62,591 nucleotides of DNA. Origin: Hydrolagus affinis. Taxonomy: Eukaryota. This document shows positions 1-43,435 of the stretch, in pieces; positions within the stretch are counted from its first letter, which is position 1, and every line of letters begins with the position of its first letter. Under the pieces are notes generated by a model that saw only the letters and a program-made list of their open reading frames with translations, did no database searches and was not told the DNA's origin. Where the stretch lies: NCBI GenBank assembly GCA_012026655.1, contig JAAILG010001715.1:1-62591 (forward strand), read 5' to 3'. Made by a program: the position numbers and the translations under genes.

Positions 1-240
1 AGGTGGGTGGGAGGGAAGACACGGTCGGTCGAAGAGAACGTTTTTTTTTAGGCACGACCTGAAGATGGGAAAGGAAGGGGGTTGAGGTGAAGGGGTTGAG
101 GGGAGGGAGACAGTTTGGGGGCGTAGTGGCTGAAAGCACGATCGCTGATGGTGGAGCGGAGGATTTGGGGGACAAGGAGGGGTTCCGGATGCAGTAGAGC
201 GGAGGCAGTGGATACAGCCGTGAGGAGAGAGGAGGTTACA
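1..240 (-). mobile_element. L2-like 3' fragment, diverged
   Basis: Reverse complement resembles 6980-7230 (ccaccatcagcgatcgtgctttcagccact...ctcttcgaccg). Confidence 0.6.
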
Positions 241-618
241 GAGCATTGCAGTAACAGTTGGCAGTCTTTAATCAGTTAAAAACTCATACTTTGCCATTGA
301 TATCCCACAAGCAGGCTGTTCACACAGTGCCTTGGGGGGTCGTTAACCAACACAGGAGACAGGATTTCCTTTAGTTTCCTGCTTGGACTCATCCTAACCA
401 CTGCAGCTCTCCACTGCAGCTCTCTGTCAGGACTGCATTGGGGGGTGACAGCAATGCTGGACACTGCCTCACATCAAGGCTACTTTATAATGAAGTTGTC
501 GTTGGGACGTCCTCCCGACGTGAAAGGCGCTCTACAAATGTAATATTGTTGTTGTTGCTGTTGCTGTAGTCAGCCTAGACTGTGAGTTCAAAGTCCTGAT
601 GTGGGGGCTCGAATCTGA

Positions 619-723
619 GAGCTCCTGTAGCTCAGTGGTTAGAGCGCTCGCCTTATACACGGGTGAGACCCGTGTCCGAATCCAGGCAGATCAGGGCAAA
701 ACTTTGGGCAAGTTTCCTTACTC

Positions 724-756
<33 letters not shown>

Positions 757-1008
757 ACCCCTAATAATAATCTCTCCGCCAAAAATACATAATAATAAAA
801 ATTGTTCATTTTCAATCCACGACTGTTTGTGGGCGACGCTGCCGTGCGCAATCGGCTGCCTCGTTTGGCCCACGGATATATATACAGTCGATTCACTTTA
901 AAGTATATTCCGCGAAGCGCTTTGAGACACAGTCGATCAGATGTGAAAAAGAGCTGTATCAAAAGGCAAGGATTATTATTAGTAATATTATTATTATTAT
1001 TATTATTA
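619..1008 (+). mobile_element. Full-length tRNA-headed SINE (young local family, DeuSINE-like body, L2-like tail)
   Basis: A-box TAGCTCAGTGG, B-box GTCCGAATCC, internal (CA)n, body gtggg...aatcggctgcc..., tail gaagcgctttgaga...gcaaggattatt(att)n; more than 10 related copies in the window. Confidence 0.85.
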
Positions 1009-2279
1009 CTACCCTTCAGTGGTTATTGAAACAGGGAACCTGCACGTGAGTCACACGTTCACGAGTCTGCGATTCACTGACTCCACGACAGGATTCAACC
1101 CATGTAAACAGAGCCGGGCCGGCACGTGCATTAACAAGTCTCGGCCACATCAGGTGCACAGACTCCGTACATCAGCTCAGCGAGCAACCCCAGCGCAATT
1201 AACATGCAGATGCACGTACATCATCCATCAGAACTGCAGTGACCTCTGGCACCATTCACATGCAGATGGCCATCCAGCAACACAACAGAACTCCCCCCCC
1301 CCTCACACCCACCCCCACCACACCCTATTCCTCCCCCCACACCCACCCCCCCACACTCAGATCCTGTGCAAATAACCTACTTCAATTTAACACAAATCTA
1401 TTGCACTTTTCTACTTCCTCCTCCGATTTGCCAACATTCAAGGATATAGGGTTGTCGATGTGCAACCTTGCCTGGGCTATTGGCTAAAAAATATTTAATG
1501 ATGGCTTGATTCTGGTCTCTCACTTAAGGGTATTTCAAATAGGGGGTGGGGGTCAGCTGTGTATATATACATATCTATATTATATATATACACACTTGTG
1601 CCTCCCACCCCCCCTCCCCCTCCCCTCTCCAGGGGAAGGGGGCAAAACACTGGGCAGCAATGATAGAAACACAGAATCTTACAGCACAGAACAAGGCCAT
1701 TCAGCCCATCGCACATTGGACCGAAAGAGTGACTAACTCTTCACCCAACGCCCAGCAATTTTTTTCCCCCTCCCCGAGCACGTATTCAGTTCCTTTTTTG
1801 AAAAACAACCTGAGGTCCGAGAGCTCCTGTTTGACTGGTCTGGCTGTGTGTGGGTGAGCGATCAACCTTGCCGTGTAACAACAGAGAGGTTCATCTGGCT
1901 CTGCTTTTGACTTCCTCGCTCCTCCTCCTCCGCCTCCTCCTCATCCTCCTCCTCCCATCTTTCGGCGCCTTGGGACGTGAAAGGCGCTCTTATAAATGTA
2001 ATTTTGTTGTTGTTTTGTTGTTGTTGTTTCCCTCCCCCCCCCACCTCTCTCTCTCTCTCTCTACAGCCCCAGAGATGGGCTGTGTTGGGTTGTGAAGGAT
2101 GCCTGGTGGTGGTGGGAGAGGTGGAGGCTTCACTCACTCACTCACTCACTCATTCATTTCAATCATGTGTGTTTATTGAGCCCTGGTTATTACAGCTAAC
2201 GTTTCCAATAAGAGTTGGACATCTGTAAAAGTTTCCAAAGGGAACTAATCACCACTGACCATCCAAGATCGGCTTCTCT

Positions 2280-4380
2280 CCCTCTCTCTCTTCTTCTACC
2301 TGGGAGGCTGACTCTCTCTTTCACACTCTCTCTCTCACACACACACTCTTCCCATTTCTCACCTCCCTCCCTCCCTCCCTCTCCCTCCCATGTCCCCTCC
2401 ACCCTCCAAACTGCTTTGGGGAATATCAGCTCTGGAAACGGTCAAGGGGCCAGGATCTTATATCAGGACAAAGAGGATTTGTGTGTGTGTGTATATGTGT
2501 GTGTGGGGGGGTGGGTAGGACACACATATACACACACATAAAAAATACAACAGTGTTTAACCAATAAATACAGCAGGTTGTGTAATGTCAAACTAAATGA
2601 ATGAATGAATAATCAAACGTGTACAAATCAGCCAAACACATTAACTGGTCGCTCACTCCTGATAACCAGGAGGCAATTTGATTACTCCCCAAATCACTAC
2701 ATATATATATATATATATATACACACACATACATATATATATCTACATTTACCCCCCAAAAAAGCTTGTATTCGTATCGATTCTGTGGCGAATCACATTT
2801 AAAAGGACTTTATGGAGTCTTAACAACCCACCAAAAAAAAGGACAAACGAGAAATTCACAGGCATTTCCCTCCCTCCCTGTTAATCAGCACAAAGTACAG
2901 GGAATTGGACCCTCAGCGTGCTTTCGGGGAACTACAAAGGACGTGTAATATCTCTGCAAAATGTCATTGTAACGCTTAAAAAAACCACTTAAAACTATGA
3001 TCTCCTCCCTTCCCCTCCTTCCCCTCCCTCCCTCCCTCACTCTCTCTCCCCCCCACCCCACCACACACACACACACACACACCCATTGACTTTCCAATGT
3101 GGCTATGATTTTGATTTCACATTGGCTCCAGCAATTGGCTCCCCTTGTTTTATGTTGTATTTTCTTAACCGTATTTTTCTTTAACGGCAGGAATAACCAG
3201 ACTCCGAGCTCCCTCTCCTGAATCTACTGAGAGACACACAGAGACACACACACACGTTGGTTTGTCATTCCAGCCGAATCTGATTCAAAAGAATGTACCT
3301 AATAGCTCAGGAAATAGATACACACACACACACACAACACAATTCCCCAACACACAGACACACTCACTCACACACTCACTCACACAATTCATTTCTAACC
3401 CACCATCGCATATTATATTTAATATATAATACATCTATAGATATATAGATATATATAGACCGTATATATAACGCACAGATTTCTATCTGAGTGTAAATCT
3501 TGCTCAGTTAAATTACAAAGAACATTGCAACCGTCTGAGGGTCAGTCACATCACTGGGGGGTTAGTAATAAACAAAGACTTTCTTTGGGGAGGGTCTGGG
3601 GGTGAGGGTTAAAGGGTGTGAGGGAGAGGAGAGAGAGGGTCGGGAGAGAGTTTGATCGCCTCTGTGTGTCCAGGGCTAACTGGGGGTGGTTGGGTGGGTG
3701 GGGGTGGGGGGGCAATCTAGCCCCTTGATCCTAGCAGGGCAAAGGCTTTGGTGCGTCCAAGTTGAGAGAGAGAACACGAGGCTTGATGCTCATTGACATG
3801 GGGGGTGTGGGAGAGGAGAAAAAAAGAGCATCTCTTAGGAAGGAAGGAGGGTGGTTTGTGTGTGTGTGTGTGTCTCTGGGAGAGTGGGTGGGTGTAGGAA
3901 CTGAACCTAGCTGGTTTCTTCTGAACCCAAGTCTATTCTAGAGCATTTGCAAACTCCCTTCCTTCTCTTCCCCCCCCCCTCCCTCTCTCTCTGTGTGTTC
4001 CCATTCTCTCTCTCTCCCTCTCTTTGAGTGTCTTGTCTCTCCATCAGTCAACCATCAACCAGAGAAAAGCCAAATGAATTCTCAGTCCACAAACAAACAA
4101 GCAACACAGGTGTGTGTGTGTGTGGGGGGGGGGGTGAGTGTGTGAATGAGTGTGTGAGAGAGAGAGAAAGAGTGTGTATGGAGAGGGTTGATGGTGTAAG
4201 GGAATAAGAGGAAGGGAAGCATGTTGGCTCCCCTTCAGATCTCTCTCCACTTTGGAAACCAATTCTGAAAGCAACATATATTTCTGATCCCTTTCAGACC
4301 TGCCTGCCTCCCCCCTCCCCCCACCACCCCCCAAACCCACCACTCACTCACCCACCCACCCACCACTTACCCACTCCATT
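2280..4380. repeat. Microsatellite-dense low-complexity region (CA, CT, TA, C-runs)
   Basis: Many short tandem repeats; these generate most spurious ORFs here. Confidence 0.8.
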
Positions 4381-6855
4381 ACTAGTCAGGTTAACCACAT
4401 TTTTAGCCCCTAAACCAATTTTTTTTTAAAAGCAAAGGAAAGAGCGATCTGGCGTTGAAAGGGTTTGGGAGGATAATTATAGAGATATATAGAGAGGGAA
4501 GGGGGACAGAGAGAGAGAGAGACAATTGCAACTTTTATTTGATAGGTAGCAATGAAAAAAACACTAACCTCCAAAAGCCATCAGTAGGGTCCCCAATAAC
4601 CAGGAGGGCAGAGATAAGCTTCCCAACGCCATTGCACTTGCTCTCACTCACTCTGATCCTTCAAGCCGTGGACACACCGACAGTCATTCTGCAGGGCAGT
4701 GGTGTGTGAGTGTTATGTCTCTCTCTGTGTGTGTGTGAGTGAGTGGCTGTGTGGCACTGGCCGCCCTTGCACCACAGTGTGTTCTCAACGCTCATCCATC
4801 AGCGTCTGTCAGCATCCCCGGCGCAAAGCTACACAGCGACTCTCTCGGGAGGCCACGTTCAGGGGGAATTGCAATCAGTTCAGTCCAGTCCAGTCACCTC
4901 ACTGCTGCCTCCAGCCACACACACAACACACACACAACACACATCCTGCCAGGACTCTCTCTCTCTCTCTCTGTAATCTACAGGTCATTGAGCCACCCCA
5001 CTCCTATTATGTCACAGCCCCTTGTGGAGGAGAGATGTGGGGGGGAGGGGAAGGGAGGGATGGAGACAGAGCTCGCCAATGAGTCTAGTAAATTGTAACG
5101 TGGAGCCATGGGATGTAAGGGTCAGGCAAAGGGGTCAGAGCTAGGACTCTGAGTGCCTGGGGGGGTGGTGGTGGGGGGCAGGGATACAGCTCACTCATCC
5201 CACTCACTGCTCCCCCACCCCCTCCACCCCCACACCAAGATAACACTGTGAGGTGGGGGGGTTGGCTTTTAAACAAAAACAAGCAACTTTTTAGTAGTTT
5301 TCATCTCAACTTTGTCCAGATGCAAGGATTTATATACAGCGCTGTACAGTACAGTCACTTTACAGTATATTCTGCGAAGCGCTTTGAGACGTAGTCTAGA
5401 TCTGGAAGATGTGGAAGGCGCTATATCGAACGCAAGGATTATTACTGTTGTTATCCTTATTAAATGCAACGCATGCGCGCACACACACCTACAAATAGTT
5501 TCACATCTCCGCTGACCTGGTCACACACACACACAAATAAAAAACCCTTTTTTTTGGGTGGGGGAAGAAAAGTACACACGCGAGGGCATATTTTATGGCA
5601 TGTTTTGTTTATCTCTCAAGGTGTGTGTGTGTGTGTGTGTGTGCCATGAGCAAATTGTCTGCCTCGTCTCACCTACTAAACGCAGTCACTACACTGTACA
5701 GTACCATCTGTGAAGTTCTCTTGCAAAACGCGGCAGCCAATTGCGTCCCCACAAGCAACCGTGTACGTATAGTGTGTGCAATTGTGGTCAGCCTCACCTA
5801 TGGAGACATGGACTTCTCAATACCATTGAATGTAACATCCTCACCATATGTATAATTTTTTTTTAAAAAACTTTGATTTAAAAATACGTTTTTATTCATT
5901 TTCACCTGAAAGTCTCTTTTTTTCCCCCTGTTCTTTGTGTATTGTATGTGAACTCATAAGCTTGAAAATTGCAGTTGGCAATCGTAGAGTTATCAGACAT
6001 GTGAGGTGGACAATTATAGCCACAGACAAAAATAACAAAATGACATATATAGAGCGCCTTTCACGTCAGGAGGACGTCTCAAGGAGCTGGGGAAGGGAAG
6101 AAATTACAACTTTATTGTAAATATATAGTGAAGTACCACATAGTCAATTTTAGATATGGTTTGCAATTTAAGAAAGGTTGGGAGTGGTGGGGGTAGGGGG
6201 GTCACAGAGTCACTACACTTTACAGTAAATTCTGTGAAGTTTTGCAAGACATATCCACGTGATAATGTCACAGAACGTTAAACCATTTACACTACTCGCC
6301 TTTGAATCAAATCATTTTGGGTCTGAGGTTACTCGCGTTTGCAAAAAGGTTTGATGAGCACTGGCTTTAGTTGCATCAAAACATTAAAATATTAGTACAG
6401 AAATATTAAAAGAATCCCCCCAATATCCTGGGTTAGTCCCATCAGATCAGATACAGGGTTGGTTAGATTGTAAAAGTCCCACTGTATGTTCCATTCAGTG
6501 GTCTTGGGTCAATTATTATTATTAAGTATAGCCCATTAGCTGCAGAAAAAGGCTCCCTCGATACTGCTTCTTGGGTTAGTTATAGAATAAATTAGATGCA
6601 GGGTAAACCCATCTCCAACGTGCTTCATTCCCAGCATCAGACAAGCCCCCCCCACCTCCACTACTGCATCATTTTGACATTTCTTGCACCTGCTTCTCTG
6701 GGTGAAACAACTACTTTAGTACAGTAATGTCTAAACTAGTGCTAAATTATGGTCAATTTTGTGATGTGCCCTTGCACTCTCCTATAATTGGATTGAAACT
6801 CACTTAATCTTAGGACCCTTACAGCTGGACCCCACCAACCGGCTCTACGTGGCTT

Positions 6856-7347
6856 TGCGACTACATCACTCCCACCCTCGCCCGTCTCCACTGCCTCTCC
6901 GTCACCCAGAGGATCGAATTCAAAATCCTTGTCCTCACTTTCAAGGCCATTCACGGTCTTGCCCCCGCCTATCTCCCTCTGACCTACTGTCTCACTATCA
7001 GCCTGCCCGCACCCTCTGTTCAGCAGTCTCAGGCCTGCTCCGTGTCCACCGCCCTAACCGCTCAACCATCGGTGGCCGGGCTTCAAGCCTCTCTGCTCCC
7101 ACTGTGGAACTCCATCCCGCAGCCCCTCCACCTCGCTTCCTCCCTTTCCTCCTTCAAGGCCGGTCTCAACACCTTCCTCTTTGACCGCGCCTTCGGCTGC
7201 CCCACTAACTCTTCCCCCTCCCACTAACTCGACCCACTCCACCCCCCCACCCCCACCCCGTTCGGTTCCCGACCTGACTGTTCAGCGCTTTGGGATGTCC
7301 TCCCGACGTGAAAGATGCTATGTAAGTGCAATTTTATTGTTATTATT
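6856..7347 (+). mobile_element. L2-clade LINE 3' fragment (ORF2 C-terminus and 3'UTR)
   Basis: Translates DYITPTLARLHCLSVTQRIEFKILVLTFKAIHGLAPAYL, resembling the L2 HITP..LHWLP..RI.FK C-terminal motif; ends cagcgctttgggatgtcctcccgacgtgaaag...(ttg/tta)n. Confidence 0.85.
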
Positions 7348-7924
7348 GTACATTTGTGCGCTCCCTTTTGGGCTCCTGTGAAAGTTCCATGTCATTATTT
7401 TTGGCTAACTTGGGAGAGCTGAAAACATCCCTGGAATGGAGGAAACGAAAGCTCTCTGAAATGAACATAGCCTTTGCTCGTCTGACAACTGCATTTCACT
7501 CAGCAGTTACATTCACCTGAAAACCATCGAATGTGATTCTCTAAGGGGGGAATGGTGATCACTGCTGGAGGATAGATGAAGGTGATGTTGGGTCAGTTTT
7601 CCTGCTGTTATTTTTATCTGAATCTCTCAGATCTAGCTCCAAATTATGGAATGAGAAAAGGCCATTCAGCCCCCCCAAGATTCCACACATTCTATATAAT
7701 GGATTACACACTTTACTTTTCTTTCCCTGCAAAGGCAAAGTTTCTCGACAAGGTAGGTTTCAGCAGCTCATGAATCATGCTCCAACCCCCCAATTCATCA
7801 TCTTTTTATTTACCTCAATAACCATCACAGTGCCCCTCCTAACTTGGTAGACCAAAAACAAAAGTGTTTTTTTAAAACAAAATTGATAAAAGAAACAAAA
7901 TACATTTTTCCCCCATCATAAGAT

Positions 7925-7930
7925 TTTATT
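7925..7930 (-). terminator. Candidate polyadenylation signal of IGDCC4
   Basis: AATAAA on the minus strand with downstream TTTTGTTTCTTTT and TTTTGTTTTTGG tracts. Confidence 0.5.
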
Positions 7931-10900
7931 TTAATGCATCAGTCTTCTTATCGTACATTAAATAGTTCACAATCAGTTATGAGATTCTCCTTCATTTCTC
8001 CAAAATAGCGTTCTGTTCACTCTTAATTTGTGGAACTGCTACTAGAATCTCTCCCAGAAAATAAAGCTTCAGATAGCTTTCTACTCAAAACAATGGGGTG
8101 GTGAAATCTGATGAAATTCATTCAATGTCATTACCCGTAGAGGCTAGTGTGAAATTGTTTGCAAGAATCGTAGGAATCATCTTTTCAATATGTTATATTG
8201 CTACACATATCTTTCACTAAAGAAACAGCTAATAGCTTTCTGAAGTTGTAAATCAGACACAAGCTATTTGTTTTCTTACGTAATGAACTATAATAATATT
8301 CCTTGCATTAGATACAACAAATTACATTCGGATAGTGCGTTTTCATGATAGGATGTCTCCAAGCACTTCAGAATACACTGTAAAGTGACTGGACTGTGTA
8401 TTTTGTGGGTGAATTGTGGCAGCACACAGTAGTGTCCCACAAACAATCGTGGATTGAGTGTCCAAATTATTTTTAAAAATTATTTTTGAAGGAATTATAA
8501 TGAATGTGAACAGAATGTGGCTCTAGATTTACTTTCAACTATGCAGATTACTGGCTACAATGGAAGTTTGATAGTTATGCAGAGAAATGTAAATAAAGAC
8601 AATCAATACATAAAATGTCTTTGAATTAACAATGAGAACGTTAGGAACTCTGAAGATTCTGATGCCAGCTAAATCGTAAATGTTACAATCTGGAGAAAGT
8701 TCACATACAGTTAGTTGTTACTGTCACAACCTACAATGTATTACATTATTTGCAACAGTATTGGAAGATAATACAATTTTCTTAACCTTGAAAATAAAAC
8801 TAAATTATCCAAATAGAACTCCAGGTTCTCTCTAAAGTCAATTATACTCGTTTACTCAAATTATTCTAAAGTCTGCAAAACTTTATATTAAAAAAACCAA
8901 ATAATTACATTGGCTATTAGTATTCATTATAGGGTTTAGTTATTTGCAAATTAAAGATGATAAATAAGGTTTGGGATCTTGATCACCACAGCAGCAAATG
9001 AATGGGATACAACTGCAGAGCAACAATGCTACAATAAACCAAACCTACAAAATAAATCTTGAAAACTGCTATTGTTCATCGCAATGCAACATTCTTATAT
9101 AGGTAACACATCAGTTACAGTACAGTATTTCTACAGGTCACAAGTAGGCAGAGAGAAAGGCAACGAGCACGAATTGCACGAGGCAACATGTTACAATCTA
9201 CAATGTTATTCACATTTTTGTTCCAAATGGAAGATTTTCAAATCTCTACATATGCATATTCAAGACGCTGTGAATACCAAATACCGCACTCAGTATTGAT
9301 ACGCGGTAAAGATGAGCAATACATTTTGGAAACAAAAGGGACATTTTTGGTTGTCTCACCTCACTGTACAAGAGCAATTTTTTTTCAGCGAAGAGCACAA
9401 TTTAACACGATTTCACTGATCACAAGCTGAGGTGTTAAATATTAACAGAGGTATCAGAATGTTGAATGGGTCCTTAAGCAGTGTGCAATCGATTCATGAT
9501 GCCCAGAAACCACTTTAGTGGGTAAAAGGTTAGAAAAAGATATTTTGAGCAGGACCCTACCTTAACTTTTCATAGATACCGTAATTGCAAACTTGTCTTT
9601 TTTAAAGTCACATTGTATACTATTCACTTGAGAATTACTAGAATGAGCCAGTCGGAGGACAAACTTGTATTACCACAACAGCAAGAATGAACAATGGACA
9701 CCAACAGTTATGTTTCAGTGGCAATCTTAGGTCATTTAAAATATTCAACCTTTGAATTCCAAAACTGCTTTTGGTTTTACAAAACTAATTGTAGGAAACA
9801 AGCCACCAACATGACAACTCCTGGAGTGTGCAGTCCTTAAATATTTTGCAACAACATCTTAAAATGCGATACATGGCAATACTTACAAATTCTGCTCCCA
9901 TAACGAGAGACTTTGTTGTAGTACGACTTAAAATTTAATTACAAAACATAACTATTTTGCTTGCATCTATTTTTCTATCGACTCCTATTATTTTGTGAAT
10001 ATTCGTGTTAAGCACTCAGTGCTGGAGTCACCTTGAAGGAGAATCAGCTGAGAAGATTGAGAGCTTAAGTGTGTGAGCACTAAAGTAACATTGATCTCTG
10101 GTGCACCCTTTTATGAGTGAATGATTATACTGCAACTACTGAAAGTAATTCAAGGTACCTCACACTGCTAGGCTATGCAACTTTTCAAAGCTACATGAAC
10201 TGATAGCAGGACCCAAATCTGTCTTGCAGATGAGCTCTCCAATTGAAAGAACGAGGCATCTATACCAACTCTCAAAAACGTACATAAAGTTTTCTACAAT
10301 GATATTGTGCATAACCAAAATACAGTTAAGTAAATAAATAAAATAAATTAAGGAATTGAAAGCTGAACCTATTATGTCACCTAAGAAAATGAAATCCAAG
10401 GAATAATGACTTGTGTGAAAAAAATGCATTCTTGTACTATCGATCAACTAAGGGACACCTTATTGTAGTCAACTGACATGTGCAAAACAATTTAGCAGAA
10501 TCAGTGAGCAATGGGAAAATGCGTCAAAATTTAATTCTAAAATGGTTTCATTTGTTAAGCTTGCAATGAGAATGGTACCTGCATATGGGACATGTGGGCA
10601 AACCAGGTAAGAGTAGCTGATGCATTTCTGCAAATGTTCTTCATACATTGTCACCTGCCAGTTATTCCCCAAACTGTAAAGATAAATGAACGTTGCAAGC
10701 ACTGCAGTAACATTGCCATTTACAGAGGTTAAAAATAACATTCGATTGCAATGGCAGTTTGAAAGGTAGTGGCAGTTGGTTCTGAGTAAGGCCTAAATGT
10801 CAGTGTATAAATAAGAGGGTGGTGGTAGGTTCTGTGTAAGGCCTAAACCTCTGTTTTGTAGGTAATGTACATGCATGTTCAAAGTAAGGCTAAAGCTTTG

Positions 10901-11525
10901 ATTTCAACCTGTAACATCCAAAGTATATTGGCAGCCTACGAGACTTCCTGTAAAATGCAAGTCAAATTATAGAGGGACTCATTGAATACAATGTAGTCCA
11001 TTACATGAAGACATTTTCAATCCAAAATTGCTTATCTGCCGAAGTAAAAAAAACTTAATTCTTCCAATGTGACACTACAGTATTCTTTAAAAATGGTTTA
11101 TCATATTTGTTACACGTACATACATTTAAGTACATTTCTGAATGTTATCTGACACCATTTAATATTAATATTGATTAAATTCTAAAATATGGGGGTGGGG
11201 GAGGGATAGGGGGTCCAACTACTCCAAATGTACGTAGAACTTGGCAGAAAGAGCAAACCATGATTGAAAAGGTGCAGACATGTTTATCCTATTCAGTTTA
11301 TATTATATAATATAGATATTATATATAATATATATATAGATTTATATATGTGTTTCAACACTGTTGGTTGTTTACAACTATACATCTTTCAAATGGAACA
11401 GAAAAAAAAGGTAATTTCAAAACCTGTGCAAATATACCAAATAAAAATGGCTGTAAAACAAGCTTCCAAACTAATGCAGCATAAAGGCTAACGCTACTTA
11501 ATATTTTAAAAGAGACATTAGAGTA

Positions 11526-11533
11526 TGAGGTAG
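11526..11533 (-). promoter_or_regulatory. let-7 8mer target site in IGDCC4 3'UTR
   Basis: mRNA-sense CTACCTCA about 290 nt after the stop codon. Confidence 0.7.
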
Positions 11534-11820
11534 TTCTGTTGTTTCGGAGAAACATGAAAGTACAGTACTATAAACTATTCTAAATCACATCCACCGTACT
11601 TTATAAAATTAAATAAACCCTCCCAAAAATAAAGACATTGTTCCATCACAGAGGAGCACGCACCTAAAACATTAGGCACAGAAACCTGGTATCAGGGCTC
11701 AGGCTCAATATTTGACCCAGTAGCTGGAAAAGGATTGGTGGTAGCCATTGTAGGCACTCGCAGAGTGTGTAATCGCAGGCTTCAACTCAGTATTTGAGAA
11801 TCTAAGTGTGTACACGTGGA

Positions 11821-42397
<30,577 letters not shown>

Positions 42398-43029
42398 GTA
42401 AACACGGTCTTCTGACTGAGAGAAGGGAGGGTAAGCATCAATAAGAGAGAGAGAGAGACAACACCCACCAACCCACACACACACCCACAGAGTCAGAGAG
42501 AAAAAAAATTCTTCTTCAAAATAAACTCCTGGACCGAACCAGCCTCTGTCTCTCGTCCATCGCCATCTTATGTATATATGAGTATGTATGAGGCAGCGAG
42601 ACACGGACCCGCGAGCCCTCTAGCTGCTTGTACACATGCGCGCGCACTGCCTGGCTGGGGAGGGGGAAAGGGGGGGGGGGCGAGATGCCTCCAACTGCCA
42701 CCCGCCCCGCGAGCCCGCTGACACTGCGCGCGCCGACTGCCAACCGCCACCCGCGAGCCCACTGACACGGCGCGCATACACACTCGGCATCTCTTTCTCT
42801 CTTCCTCCTCCTCCATCCCCCCCTCCCCTTCCATTACTCCGGAGGGCTTAGAGGATCTTACCACCCCCCGCCCCACCTGACACACAGTCCCCTCTACACC
42901 ACCCCACCCACCCAATCACCCAGCACAATCAAAAATTCCCACCACTTGCATCTATACAGCGCCTTTCACGTGGGGCAGGGTCTCGGAGCGCTGAACAGTG
43001 CTTAGGCCCACCTACCCCCTCCCCTGATG

Positions 43030-43435
43030 TGCACGGTATCTCTCCGACCTGCTGTCTCCCCTATGACCCTCCCCGTCCCCTCCGTTCACCGGGCTCCGGT
43101 CTGCTCCATGTCCGATGCGCGACCCACCCTACCATCGGCGGATGATAGGATTTCAGCCTCACCGCCCCCACACTCTGGAACTCCATCCCACAGTCCCTTC
43201 ACCTCGCTCGCTCACTCGCTCCCTCCCTCGCCTCCTTCAAAAGCCGGTCGGTCTGAAGACCCTCCTCTTCGACCGTGCTTTCTGCTGCCCTCCCACCTCT
43301 CTCCCCCTCCTAACTCTCTCTCTCTGTCCTGCCCTCTCCTCCTTGCTCGGGTCCTGACCTGACTGTTCGGCGCCTTGGGACGTCCTCGCAACGTGAAAGA
43401 CGCTTCTAGGAATGTAATTTTGTTGTTGTGGTTGT
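43030..43435 (+). mobile_element. L2-like 3' fragment
   Basis: Collinear with 6965-7345 and shares the same tail. Confidence 0.8.

Larger units (their letters stand above)
7905..11820 (-). other. IGDCC4: Probable IGDCC4 3'UTR (~3.9 kb)
   Basis: AT-rich, repeat-poor sequence after the stop codon, ending near a minus-strand AATAAA at 7925-7930 followed by U/GU-rich sequence. Confidence 0.55.

Noticed and set aside
276-464. Possible IGDCC3 coding exon (ends near A|GTATGA)
   Set aside because: No signal peptide or Ig character in the frames I examined
619-700. tRNA gene (A and B boxes)
   Set aside because: It is the head of a multi-copy SINE that continues into body and tail; no convincing cloverleaf. 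The same applies to the other copies.
599-6120. Many 60-130 aa ORFs
   Set aside because: They are translations of microsatellites and SINE sequence (HTHT, CVCV, LLLL) with no domain signal
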